From the IMG/VR virus record IMGVR_UViG_3300044700_000691, positions 152,816 to 216,815 of that record: 64,000 nucleotides of DNA, one strand, 5' to 3'. Under the pieces are notes generated by a model. It was not told where the DNA came from. It saw only the letters and a list, made by a program, of their open reading frames with translations, and ran no database searches. The position numbers were made by a program, and so were the translations under genes. Below, one piece after another: positions 36,662 to 45,808 of the stretch. How positions within the stretch are numbered: the stretch's first letter is position 1; each line of letters opens with the position of its first letter.

Positions 36662-38653
36662 TTATCTATGGCGGTCCTCTATACTTGACTCAGCTAGACC
36701 TGTGCTATCTGCCGATGTCGTAATATTAACATGGCCATTGTCTTTAAGCTTTCCATCAATCCAAAGTTCAGCTAAGAGGTCCTCAACGTGGTTTTGAACC
36801 ATTCTTTTAATTGGCCTGGCTCCGTATTTCTCATCATAACCGTGTTCAATAATAAAGTCCTTAGCTAATTGGTCTAATTCAAATGTATAACCGTTTTCAA
36901 GTGATCTTTCAAGCAAATTTTTAAGTTCAATCTCTAAAATTTGACGAATTTCCGCTTTTTCTAGTGAATCAAAGATAATAATATCGTCTACTCGGTTTAA
37001 GAATTCCGGTTGGAACTTATTTTTAAGAGCTTTGTCTAAAACACTCTTTGCAAGTGCCCTTTCCTTTTCAATATTGTTTGCTGTTGCAAATCCAATGCCG
37101 ACTCCGCGATCTTGCAGATCCCTTACTCCAACATTAGACGTCATAATAATAACAGTGTTTCTAAAATTGATTTTTCGGCCTCTTCCATCAACTGCATAGC
37201 CTTCGTCAAGAATTTGAAGTAAACTATTAAAGATATCTGGATGAGCTTTTTCAATTTCATCTAATAAGACTACCGAATATGGCTTTCTGCGAACTTTTTC
37301 AGTTAATTGGCCGCCATCTTCGTATCCAACGTATCCTGGAGGCGCTCCCATCATTTTAGAAGCCGTAAATTTCTCTCCATATTCATTCATATCGACCCTG
37401 ATCATATTTTCTTCAGAATCAAACATTTCATGTGCTAGGGCTTTAGCTAATTCGGTTTTACCAACACCAGTTGGTCCTAAAAACATAAATGTTCCAATTG
37501 GTTTTTTCCTGGAGGCAATATTTGCTCTACTTCTCTTAATTGCTCTAGCCAGTTTCTTAATAGCCTCTTCTTGACCAATAACTCTTTTACCCAGGTCTGA
37601 TTCAAGCAAAGCAATTTTCTCAAGATCAGTTTGTGTAAGTTTTGATACTGGAATGCCAGTCATTGTTGCAACAACTTCAGCAATTTTACGATCGTCTACT
37701 TCAAGTCGATTGTCTTTTAGTGTTTTTTCCCACTCAACTTTAGCTTCATCAATTTTAGCAAGTTGATCGCGTTCAGCATCTCTTAATTTTGCAGCGGCTT
37801 CATATTTTTGTGACTCTACGGCAGTTCTTTTATTTTTTGAGATTTCTCCAAGAGCATCTTCTAATTCTCTTATTATTTGTGGAACAACTATGCCATCGAT
37901 ATGTACATTTGCGCCAGCTTCGTCTAATAGGTCAATTGCCTTGTCTGGAAAAAATCTTTCAGTTAAGTATCGATCTGCAAGTTTTACACATGCATCCAGT
38001 GCCTTTGAGCTATATGTAACAGAGTGGTGACTTTCGTAATATTCTTTAATATTTTCAAGTATTTGCCGAGTTTGTTCTGGAGTAGATGGTTCAACCATTA
38101 CCTGTTGAAATCTACGATTTAGTGCTCCATCCTTTTCAATAGATTCTCTATATTCATCTAACGTAGTTGCGCCAATACACTGAATTTCTCCACGTGAGAG
38201 TGCAGGCTTTAGGATATTTGCTGCATCTAGTGAACCGCTTGCTGAACCGGCTCCAACCATTGTATGGATCTCATCAATGAATAAGATAATATTTGGATTG
38301 GCACTTACCTCATTAATAATAGACTCCATTCGTTCTTCAAACTGGCCACGATATTTGGTTCCAGCAACAAGAGAACTAATTTCAAGAGAAACAATTCTTT
38401 TGTCAAACAAAATTCTAGGACAAGTTTTGTCAACAATCATTTTTGCAATACCTTCAACGATTGCAGTTTTACCAACACCAGGTTCCCCTATTAAGATAGG
38501 GTTATTTTTCTTGCGTCTAGATAAAATTTGACTACAGCGTTTAACTTCAGAAAGACGACCAATTACTGGGTCCATTTTTCCTTCTAGTGCAAGTTGAGTA
38601 AGGTCCTTTCCGAAATTATCTAGGACTGGTGTTCGTGCGTTTCCTTTTGTCAT
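36662..38653 (-). CDS. clpC: ClpC-type AAA+ chaperone lacking the N-terminal domain
   Basis: GEPGVGKT/FIDE (D1), GPTGVGKT/LLDE (D2), UVR-like AVESQKYEAAAKLRD, GIGF ClpP-docking loop. Confidence 0.9.
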   Translation of the reverse strand: MTKGNARTPVLDNFGKDLTQLALEGKMDPVIGRLSEVKRCSQILSRRKKNNPILIGEPGVGKTAIVEGIAKMIVDKTCPRILFDKRIVSLEISSLVAGTKYRGQFEERMESIINEVSANPNIILFIDEIHTMVGAGSASGSLDAANILKPALSRGEIQCIGATTLDEYRESIEKDGALNRRFQQVMVEPSTPEQTRQILENIKEYYESHHSVTYSSKALDACVKLADRYLTERFFPDKAIDLLDEAGANVHIDGIVVPQIIRELEDALGEISKNKRTAVESQKYEAAAKLRDAERDQLAKIDEAKVEWEKTLKDNRLEVDDRKIAEVVATMTGIPVSKLTQTDLEKIALLESDLGKRVIGQEEAIKKLARAIKRSRANIASRKKPIGTFMFLGPTGVGKTELAKALAHEMFDSEENMIRVDMNEYGEKFTASKMMGAPPGYVGYEDGGQLTEKVRRKPYSVVLLDEIEKAHPDIFNSLLQILDEGYAVDGRGRKINFRNTVIIMTSNVGVRDLQDRGVGIGFATANNIEKERALAKSVLDKALKNKFQPEFLNRVDDIIIFDSLEKAEIRQILEIELKNLLERSLENGYTFELDQLAKDFIIEHGYDEKYGARPIKRMVQNHVEDLLAELWIDGKLKDNGHVNITTSADSTGLAESSIEDRHR

Positions 38654-38656
38654 ATA

Positions 38657-39283
38657 TTATTTAGTTCTATTTGTATTTTTAAGCATCTTACTTTCCAAAC
38701 TAGCAACAGCTTGTTCTAGTGTTGACTTGGAATTTTCTAAAAGGTTTCTCTCCATTTGACGACGGCGACTTTCAATCATTCGGTCAAATCTATTATTTAA
38801 ATAATCAGATACTCCAGTCGAAACTGCAATTTCATAATAATATTGGTGATTAGATAGAATAATCGTTTGATATTTAAGAATAATAAAGACTTGCGCGTTT
38901 GGAGTTTGCACATAGCGAGCACCACTAGTTGGTGCAATTAATAGAGTATTCTTAGGGTCTTTAAGCGAAACTTCAAGCGCTTTAATTGCTAATGCAGCTC
39001 GATCATCGATGGCAATGCCAGGTCGTGAGCTATATAATTTTTTTAGTCTCTGGCTAACCAAATATCTTTTAAATTTAAATGAAAGTTTACGAATCATTTT
39101 TTTTATAAAACTTGGGGTTTTAATAATAGCTTGTGGATTTATTAATTTGTCAAAGGCAACTTCACTAAGAATCTCGTAAGATTCATAGCTAAACTTAACC
39201 TCATCTTCTTGATGAGCAGGTTTTACCGAAAAACTTTTTGGTGTCTTTTTAAAGACCAAATCGAGAGCAGGTTTCTGTCGCAC
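38657..39283 (-). CDS. hypothetical protein
   Basis: 208-aa ORF, tightly packed. Confidence 0.7.
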   Translation of the reverse strand: MRQKPALDLVFKKTPKSFSVKPAHQEDEVKFSYESYEILSEVAFDKLINPQAIIKTPSFIKKMIRKLSFKFKRYLVSQRLKKLYSSRPGIAIDDRAALAIKALEVSLKDPKNTLLIAPTSGARYVQTPNAQVFIILKYQTIILSNHQYYYEIAVSTGVSDYLNNRFDRMIESRRRQMERNLLENSKSTLEQAVASLESKMLKNTNRTK

Positions 39284-39510
39284 TATAGGATAATTTTAGA
39301 GCCAGTACCCTCCTCTGGTTCCTCCATTTTTTCAATTAGCTGACTAAAGGATTCTTCGATTCCGACTGCTAACAAATCTAGCATATCATCATCCGTTTTT
39401 AAAAATCCCATTAATTTAGCTTGACCCATTGCCTGCATCATTGCTTGAGCAGTTTCCTTTGCAAACTCGGTAATATCGCCACTAGGCAATTTCTTTAACT
39501 TTGATTCCAT
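39283..39510 (-). CDS. hypothetical protein
   Basis: Start moved to MESK at 39510. Confidence 0.6.
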   Translation of the reverse strand: MESKLKKLPSGDITEFAKETAQAMMQAMGQAKLMGFLKTDDDMLDLLAVGIEESFSQLIEKMEEPEEGTGSKIIL

Positions 39511-39637
39511 ATGTTTTTTTATAAATTTTGTGAATTGATTCGGCAAGCTTTCTATCTAAGATAACTTGCGATAAGAGAATGCCGTGTGTTTTACAATATT
39601 CTCTAACAAATACTTTAAAGTTGGGTTTCTGTTCCAT
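39482..39637 (-). CDS. 51-aa ORF missed by track (MEQKPNFKVFVREYCKTHG...)
   Basis: Fills gap; ATG 6 nt after TATAAT. Confidence 0.5.
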   Translation of the reverse strand: MEQKPNFKVFVREYCKTHGILLSQVILDRKLAESIHKIYKKTYGIKVKEIA

Positions 39638-39656
39638 AATAATATTATACTAAATT

Positions 39657-40292
39657 TTAGTCCCACCAGCCTTTTAAGCCAGTACCATTAAACCAGTTAT
39701 TCCAAAGATCCTGACCGTTCTTTTCTTCTTCGGTTGCATTTTTTACAATCTTTTTAAATTCTTTGTGATTTTGGCCGTGTAGAATTGTAAATAATTCTTT
39801 CCACTCTTGCTCTTCAATTTCACGAGATCGATCGAATACTTTACGATTGTGCTTCTTTTCGGCTGGCACTTCGTTATCGACTAATCGACTAAAACCAGGT
39901 TTATCTGGAACTGGTTCAAATTCCCAATCATGGTGATAAATTGGGCCAAGTTCAGCTTCAGCCATCTCAATATAATTGCTCTCATTATAATTCTTAATGA
40001 TTTCAATTGCTCTACGCATAGCTGCTACCTTTTTCATTCTTGGCTCTTCGACTTCCATTCCTTTAACGGCTAAGTTATCAGACATATGAGTCAAACCAGT
40101 TTCCAAAAACATTAGGGTTCCATGATGATCCCACCAATAATGATTAGCTAAGGCCTTTCTAAAACGCCAAACATTTTTTACAAAACGACCAATGTCTCTC
40201 CTGAAAAAATCATAAAATTTATAGACACGACTTTCGTGCCACATTAATCTCTTTAAGCTTTTTGAAAAACTATCTGCAAAGTTAATATCCAT
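39657..40292 (-). CDS. hypothetical protein
   Basis: 211-aa ORF, Trp-rich, ends LKGWWD. Confidence 0.75.
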   Translation of the reverse strand: MDINFADSFSKSLKRLMWHESRVYKFYDFFRRDIGRFVKNVWRFRKALANHYWWDHHGTLMFLETGLTHMSDNLAVKGMEVEEPRMKKVAAMRRAIEIIKNYNESNYIEMAEAELGPIYHHDWEFEPVPDKPGFSRLVDNEVPAEKKHNRKVFDRSREIEEQEWKELFTILHGQNHKEFKKIVKNATEEEKNGQDLWNNWFNGTGLKGWWD

Positions 40293-40323
40293 AATAATAA
40301 GTATTTAGGATATTATACTTAAT

Positions 40324-40989
40324 TTACTTAACTTTGAACTTAAATCCGGTGATTTTTTCGATTCGGGCTACAGTAACTTCATTATTCTGCATACCATCTG
40401 ATTTGTCAGTGGTGTTTGCAAATAGGTAAGCATGCCATTCTTTTTTAGATTTAATGTAGATAACTTTCCAGCAATGTGTAGGAACAGCTGTGCCTTTACC
40501 AATAGTTTTTGCAACTCCAATATTGCCGCACCATACTTTAACTGAATCTGCAACAGCTGCAGTTTGACGAGTATAGGTCTCTAGCGATTTCCAGTCTCCA
40601 GCGTTTAGCGAATGGTATTGTGCTGCCATATTTGAAAAATAGAAACATTCGTCCTGTACAGCTTGACTTTGGCAAAGATTATCTGCAGCTGGCATCATAT
40701 GACCCCGGTCAGTTCCTGATCCAACAAAATCTGCTGCAATATTAGTTTCATTTGGAAGAAGCGGATCTGGTTTAAATACATCCTTTCTCTTAAGTGGAGT
40801 AGGGCAAGTTACCATTGCTTTAGTTGTCCACCATTCTATAATAACAGGGTACTTTAGCGATTTTGAAAAAACTGCTGTGTAGTTTGTATGCTTTAGTCTA
40901 ACTGTATCAGTAGTAGCAAATTTAATTTGGGTCTGTGCTGATGCTACCGCCGGTAACAAAAATAGCAAAATATAAAATATACGTTTCAT
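40324..40989 (-). CDS. secreted DNA/RNA non-specific endonuclease (NucA/Serratia family)
   Basis: DRGHMMPAAD active-site motif, FYFSNMAAQ...LNAGDWKSLE; N-terminal signal peptide MKRIFYILLFLLPAVASA. Confidence 0.88.
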   Translation of the reverse strand: MKRIFYILLFLLPAVASAQTQIKFATTDTVRLKHTNYTAVFSKSLKYPVIIEWWTTKAMVTCPTPLKRKDVFKPDPLLPNETNIAADFVGSGTDRGHMMPAADNLCQSQAVQDECFYFSNMAAQYHSLNAGDWKSLETYTRQTAAVADSVKVWCGNIGVAKTIGKGTAVPTHCWKVIYIKSKKEWHAYLFANTTDKSDGMQNNEVTVARIEKITGFKFKVK

Positions 40990-40997
40990 AGGAATAT

Positions 40998-41243
40998 TTA
41001 TTCCCCTGATTTAACTATTTCAATTAGGATGCCAGCTTGACCTGCTGAGATATTATATGTATTAAATCTATTATCATGGATCCAGCCATAATCCTTAAAC
41101 TTAAATAAGATACAGTCCTTACCCTCAAACCAAACATGAATTGCATTTGTTGCATAATCGATCGACGGCTGAGTGATTACTCCCGCTTTCCAGCTGTCCC
41201 TAAATTCTGGTTCAAATTCGCCTGGTGATATTAATATATGCAT
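40998..41243 (-). CDS. hypothetical protein
   Basis: 81-aa ORF in operon. Confidence 0.6.
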   Translation of the reverse strand: MHILISPGEFEPEFRDSWKAGVITQPSIDYATNAIHVWFEGKDCILFKFKDYGWIHDNRFNTYNISAGQAGILIEIVKSGE

Positions 41244-41272
41244 TCAAGATTATTTAACTCGAAAGTTAATCT

Positions 41273-42526
41273 TTAATTACTTAAGGGTGCTTTAATTGAT
41301 GGGTGAGATTTATATCCTTTTACTTTAAATGTAATATCCGGGTCAAACGTATTAATAATTTCATCCAATTCTAGTAAGTGCCAATTTTCATTTCCTGAAT
41401 TTATTTCTAATTTAGGTAGATAGAAGGCCTCACGATCTTTAACTCTTGGAATACCCCACTGGTCGATTTCTGAATGCGATAGGGTACTAGGATCTCCTCC
41501 ATTATAGATTTCATTAAACATTTCTTGGGTAACCATCTTGCGTCTTTCGTCTAGACTATATTGATATCCAATTTGCTCGTTTGCTGCGTTTAGGTGATTT
41601 AAGTAGAGATGTGTATCACCAAGACTTCCTACTAATTGATCAGGCACCATGTTAACCATCTTTGCAATAATCTCCAATAGCAATCCATATGAGGCAATAT
41701 TAAAAGGTAAACCTAAGAACGTATCAACTGAACGTTGATTCCACATTAAAGAGATTGATCTTTGTGGAGTTGATTCATGAAAAGCTCTTTCTGTAATAGC
41801 AAGATTCTCTAACTCAACATCAGTGTTCTCCATTACCCATTTAATTCTTTCCGCAATAGTTAATTCCTTTGTGTAAACTTGAAATCCATAATGACAAGGT
41901 GGAAGAACCATTTGGTCTAATTCACCTACATTCCAAGCATTAACCATTAATCGTCTTGAGTCTGGATTTGTTTTAAGTTCGTTGATTAGGTTTGCGATTT
42001 GGTCTATACTTGTTTCATATACTCCAGGTTCAACAATCTTTTCGTCTCGTGTAGTTTTTCTAACCCATTTTCTCCATTGCTTACCATAGATTGGACCTAA
42101 CTCACCCCATTTCTTAGCAAACTCATCATCGGTTTTGATTTTGTCAATGAATTCTTCCATTGTAAATGGTTCAGTTAATGTTCTATTTTTCTTAGAATTC
42201 TCTAATAATTTGGTTTTACCAACATATTCACCTTTATTATATCTTTTAATATAGGCTTGGTAAGCATCACCGTTCCAGATGTTGCAATTATTGTCAACCA
42301 GGTACTTAATATTAGTATCTCCTCGTAGGAACCAAATTAACTCAGTAACCATGGTTTTCCATGCCATTTTCTTGGTCGTTAAGAGAGGAAACCCATCTTT
42401 CATATTGTGTCGAACTGTGTAACCAAAAATACTTAAGGTTCCAGTACCAGTTCGGTCGCTCTTTTCAGCTCCATGTGTTAGGATTGTCTTAAGCAAATCC
42501 GTGTATTGTGTATCTAGCTTGTTCAT
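41273..42526 (-). CDS. thyA: thymidylate synthase with insertions
   Basis: DRTGTGT, FPLLTTKK, ELIWFLRG, LGPIYGKQWR, LPPCH, NQRSVDTFLGLPFNIASY, DTHLY; start moved to MNKL. Confidence 0.95.
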   Translation of the reverse strand: MNKLDTQYTDLLKTILTHGAEKSDRTGTGTLSIFGYTVRHNMKDGFPLLTTKKMAWKTMVTELIWFLRGDTNIKYLVDNNCNIWNGDAYQAYIKRYNKGEYVGKTKLLENSKKNRTLTEPFTMEEFIDKIKTDDEFAKKWGELGPIYGKQWRKWVRKTTRDEKIVEPGVYETSIDQIANLINELKTNPDSRRLMVNAWNVGELDQMVLPPCHYGFQVYTKELTIAERIKWVMENTDVELENLAITERAFHESTPQRSISLMWNQRSVDTFLGLPFNIASYGLLLEIIAKMVNMVPDQLVGSLGDTHLYLNHLNAANEQIGYQYSLDERRKMVTQEMFNEIYNGGDPSTLSHSEIDQWGIPRVKDREAFYLPKLEINSGNENWHLLELDEIINTFDPDITFKVKGYKSHPSIKAPLSN

Positions 42527-42527
42527 A

Positions 42528-42893
42528 TTATTTAAATACTTTAATTTTAGCGTCAACTTCTGTTAATTCTGACCAGGTTCCAAGATAGGTTACTGCTCTA
42601 ACCTTTCTATTGTCAATCCAAACATATTCTTGGTCGTCCTTGATTCTTGGCTTATCCATTACTAATCCATGATAATTAAAACCATTAGTCTTTAACCAAT
42701 TTTCAGTAACTTCCCGGTCCTTGCCTTCACGAGCAGTAAAAAATGTAATAATATGACCTTCACCATACCATTGATTAATAATTGCTAACGAATCTGGATA
42801 AACCTTAGCCGTTGAGTATAAATGAGACTCTTCGTTTTTAATATCTTCGCAGATTGTTCCATCTATATCGATTAAAAAAACTTTAGTCTGCAT
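42528..42893 (-). CDS. small HAD-family phosphatase
   Basis: LIDIDGTI, FFTAR, MDKP, WIDNR. Confidence 0.8.
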   Translation of the reverse strand: MQTKVFLIDIDGTICEDIKNEESHLYSTAKVYPDSLAIINQWYGEGHIITFFTAREGKDREVTENWLKTNGFNYHGLVMDKPRIKDDQEYVWIDNRKVRAVTYLGTWSELTEVDAKIKVFK

Positions 42894-43080
42894 TAGATCC
42901 TATTTTTTTAATTTGATAAGAGTACCCTGAATCAGAGTTTACCTGAAATCTTCTTCTCATTTCCTCTGCTGCTTGCTCAGTTTCAAATTCCATTACTTCA
43001 CTAGTGCTGTCCAATAATATAACTGGAAGATGCGAAGAGTTTTCATTGGATTTTATCATTTTTACAATTACGTAGCTCAT
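42883..43080 (-). CDS. hypothetical protein
   Basis: 65-aa ORF, tightly packed. Confidence 0.6.
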   Translation of the reverse strand: MSYVIVKMIKSNENSSHLPVILLDSTSEVMEFETEQAAEEMRRRFQVNSDSGYSYQIKKIGSNAD

Positions 43081-43082
43081 AT

Positions 43083-43439
43083 TTAAAATTTTAAATTAAT
43101 GTTTATATTATTTGAGGTGTCACTCCAAAATTCATAAGTATCGCCATCTTTAAACTTATTTTGACCACTTGCTATTTCATCTGTAACTTTCTTGGCAGCG
43201 GCTTCTTCTATTTTACGTAGATCCGCCCGTAGATCAGCATTAATTTGAGTAAATACTTCATCTTCCCAGCTTGCTGAAATACCGCTATCTGAAACTAATA
43301 CAGTCTTATCTGAATTAATAACAAACCATTTATATCCAGTCATACAACCAGCTAAAAATAAAAGCCGACTTTCAGGATCTTCTCCATACTTATCGACTAG
43401 TCTGTCAAATACTTTAAGTCCAATATCAATTACATCCAT
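43083..43439 (-). CDS. hypothetical protein
   Basis: 118-aa ORF, tightly packed. Confidence 0.65.
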   Translation of the reverse strand: MDVIDIGLKVFDRLVDKYGEDPESRLLFLAGCMTGYKWFVINSDKTVLVSDSGISASWEDEVFTQINADLRADLRKIEEAAAKKVTDEIASGQNKFKDGDTYEFWSDTSNNININLKF

Positions 43440-43729
43440 TTTGTTTCTGAAGTTTTCTGATTGTATAGCTGTCTAACTAACTTACCTAATTCCATATCAT
43501 TTGGATTTTCATCAAGTAGATGGGTTTGAATTACTAGAAAATTTCCTTGAAGACTATTCCAAAAAACTCGGCTTGCTTCATTAAGAGCCTCTTCGTCTTT
43601 CATATAGGTAATATTACCAGTTTTATCAATTTCAATTAATTTTTCGCCAGCATCATTGATTGTAAAAAGATATTCTGGTTGTACTAATTTAAGTTCGCCA
43701 ATTGGCTCTAGATTTTCTTGATTTTCCAT
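43430..43729 (-). CDS. hypothetical protein
   Basis: Start moved to MENQ. Confidence 0.6.
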   Translation of the reverse strand: MENQENLEPIGELKLVQPEYLFTINDAGEKLIEIDKTGNITYMKDEEALNEASRVFWNSLQGNFLVIQTHLLDENPNDMELGKLVRQLYNQKTSETKWM

Positions 43730-43780
43730 ATTAATAGGTTTAAGATATTTTACTATAGTCAATTACTAAAGTTTATTCAT

Positions 43781-43810
43781 AAAAAAAGCTGCCAGTAATA
43801 GCAGCTTTTT
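43781..43810 (-). terminator. intrinsic terminator
   Basis: AGCTGC/GCAGCT stem flanked by A/T tracts. Confidence 0.75.
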
Positions 43811-43844
43811 CTGAGTTGGAGCTCTAGGTTCCAAAGGAATCCTA

Positions 43845-44435
43845 TTATACTAAGTCCTTAGACTCAATTAGTGTATAGGTAAATGATTTACCATGAACTG
43901 CAGCGGCCTTACGGCAAATTACCATAAAAGACTCAAAGTCTGCAGCTTTTTTAAATACTTGACAACCTTCTGACCAGTTTTCAACATAAGTTGAATCTGC
44001 ACCAGCTTTATGAATATTAATTCCAAAAATTCCTTCTTGGATTTTGTTTTCATCGTATTCCATGTCTTTATCAGCATCACGATATACTTTAACTGGTTTT
44101 GCTTGTTTAAGAGCTTCATATTTACCTTGGTGTAAACCTAGGGTATGTGAACCTCTATATTGACCTTCAACTAGTCGTGCAACTCCCGCTGCATTATGGT
44201 ATTCCATAACTCCCTTTTTACCAGGATCTGTTGTACATGGCCATTGGTGAAATTTCCAAGCACCACCTTCTTTATATGATACAGTAAGCTGATCATCGAA
44301 AGCGTTTGTAACCTTCTGGCCAGTTGCAGAATTTCTAACGCCTACGATATTAACATCAAAATCTTTTGCACCTTCAAACCACGCATAGCCTTTTGCTTTA
44401 ACAGCGGCTTCTATTTGTTCTCTTGTATATGACAT
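43845..44435 (-). CDS. YkuD/L,D-transpeptidase-like protein
   Basis: GINIHKAG...NWSEGCQVF matches the H-x(n)-S-x-G-C catalytic pattern. Confidence 0.55.
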   Translation of the reverse strand: MSYTREQIEAAVKAKGYAWFEGAKDFDVNIVGVRNSATGQKVTNAFDDQLTVSYKEGGAWKFHQWPCTTDPGKKGVMEYHNAAGVARLVEGQYRGSHTLGLHQGKYEALKQAKPVKVYRDADKDMEYDENKIQEGIFGINIHKAGADSTYVENWSEGCQVFKKAADFESFMVICRKAAAVHGKSFTYTLIESKDLV

Positions 44436-44457
44436 AATTATTTAAAAAATTTTTTGA

Positions 44458-45501
44458 TTAGAACCAATTTCTTGGATCAGCTTTCTTTGCAGCTTTTTTC
44501 AATTCGTTAGCTGCTCTATTTGCTAAATCTTCTGCTTCTCTTGCTGCTTGTTCAGCTGCACGTTTAGTTTCTTCTGCTACTCGTTGTGCCTCTGCTGCAG
44601 TTGCTCTAGCTGCTTCATCTGCTAATCTCTTAGTTTCAGCGGCTTGTCTTTCTAATTCTCTAGCTGCGGCTGCTGCTTGCTCATCGGCAATACGCTTAGC
44701 ATCTTCAGCTACTTTTCTAGCTTCTTCAGCTGCGGCCTTTGCAATACGATCAGCTTCTTCTGCTGCTCTTTGTGCCTCAGCTGCTGCAACTGCTGCTGCT
44801 CTTTGTGCTTCAGCTGCTGCGATCTCAGCTTGTCTATGAGCTTCTTCTGCTGCCTTTTGCGATTCGGCTGCTACTAGTGCAGCGTCTTCTGCTATTTGAT
44901 TTGTATCAATACTTACACTTAAGTCAACATCAAGACCAACTAAAACTGCTACTTCACCGCTAACTCCGATTGTTGCAACTCCATCTACATAAGTAGCTTC
45001 GCCACCTCCACCGATTCCAACTTGTTCTCCAACCGATACTCCTGCACCAGCTGTAACTGAGCCTTCTCTTAAATCAACTGTTCCTTCTCCATCTACTCCT
45101 ACTGATGTTCCTGCTGATACGCTTCCATTTGCTACTACACCTTCATCACCTGCTCTTACTTCAAGGCTAGCTTCGTTTCCGGTTTTAACATAGGCATCTA
45201 CTGTACCACTAGCACCAAATCCTTCAGCATTGGCTTGACCTTCTACTGTGATATGAGCTTCAGTTGTATCTGAATAATTTGCTTCTACGTAAACGTTATT
45301 TCCATCTAATCCACCTTCAACTGATGCTTCAGTTCCAGTTTTAACAGATACTTCAATACCTATCGAGGCATTTTCATCTCCTGTTGATACTCCTGCAGAT
45401 GCAGTTGTTGTAGTATCAATTGATGCACCGCCTGAAGTTCCATCTGAATGTACTTCGGCTGAATTGTTGTTCTCAAAATTTGAGTTTGTTTCTGTTGACA
45501 T
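44458..45501 (-). CDS. acidic protein: Gly/Ser/Thr beta-strand-rich N-terminus plus Ala-rich coiled coil
   Basis: Alternating hydrophobic strands for about 200 aa, then approx. 11-aa AEE/KR repeats. Confidence 0.75.
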   Translation of the reverse strand: MSTETNSNFENNNSAEVHSDGTSGGASIDTTTTASAGVSTGDENASIGIEVSVKTGTEASVEGGLDGNNVYVEANYSDTTEAHITVEGQANAEGFGASGTVDAYVKTGNEASLEVRAGDEGVVANGSVSAGTSVGVDGEGTVDLREGSVTAGAGVSVGEQVGIGGGGEATYVDGVATIGVSGEVAVLVGLDVDLSVSIDTNQIAEDAALVAAESQKAAEEAHRQAEIAAAEAQRAAAVAAAEAQRAAEEADRIAKAAAEEARKVAEDAKRIADEQAAAAARELERQAAETKRLADEAARATAAEAQRVAEETKRAAEQAAREAEDLANRAANELKKAAKKADPRNWF

Positions 45502-45516
45502 AATTTATTTTGTTTT

Positions 45517-45801
45517 TTATTTTGTTTGTAATTCGCTAACTGCAGCTTCAACATACTTATCTCTTTGTTGTTGAAGATACTCAATTCTATCTAACAGAAT
45601 TTGTTTATCCTCCTTATCCGTTTGCTGGATATAGGCTTTTTGTTCTTCATATAGCTTTTGCCAATAAGCAACCCGCTCTTCCATCATTTTACCCTGATAC
45701 CAGATAATTCCTACCATAAGTACTATTGTAAAAGATTGCTCTTTAAGTTTAGAAAAGAACGTATCGGTAAATCCGCCAATTGGTGTTTTAGGTTCTGCCA
45801 T
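45517..45801 (-). CDS. membrane-anchored coiled-coil protein (possible lysis accessory)
   Basis: One TM segment (SFTIVLMVGIIWY) then coiled coil; start moved to MAEP. Confidence 0.55.
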   Translation of the reverse strand: MAEPKTPIGGFTDTFFSKLKEQSFTIVLMVGIIWYQGKMMEERVAYWQKLYEEQKAYIQQTDKEDKQILLDRIEYLQQQRDKYVEAAVSELQTK

Positions 45802-45808
45802 TATGATT

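Noticed and set aside
41273-42526. ThyA as a dCMP/dUMP hydroxymethylase for modified DNA
   Set aside because: Retains canonical PCH and PFN residues of true thymidylate synthase
43811-43845. Possible ~60-nt small RNA between a TAGTATAAT overlapping a stop codon and the terminator
   Set aside because: The hairpin pairs better on the opposite strand and the -10-like match may be coincidental with TTA-GTA-TAA codons
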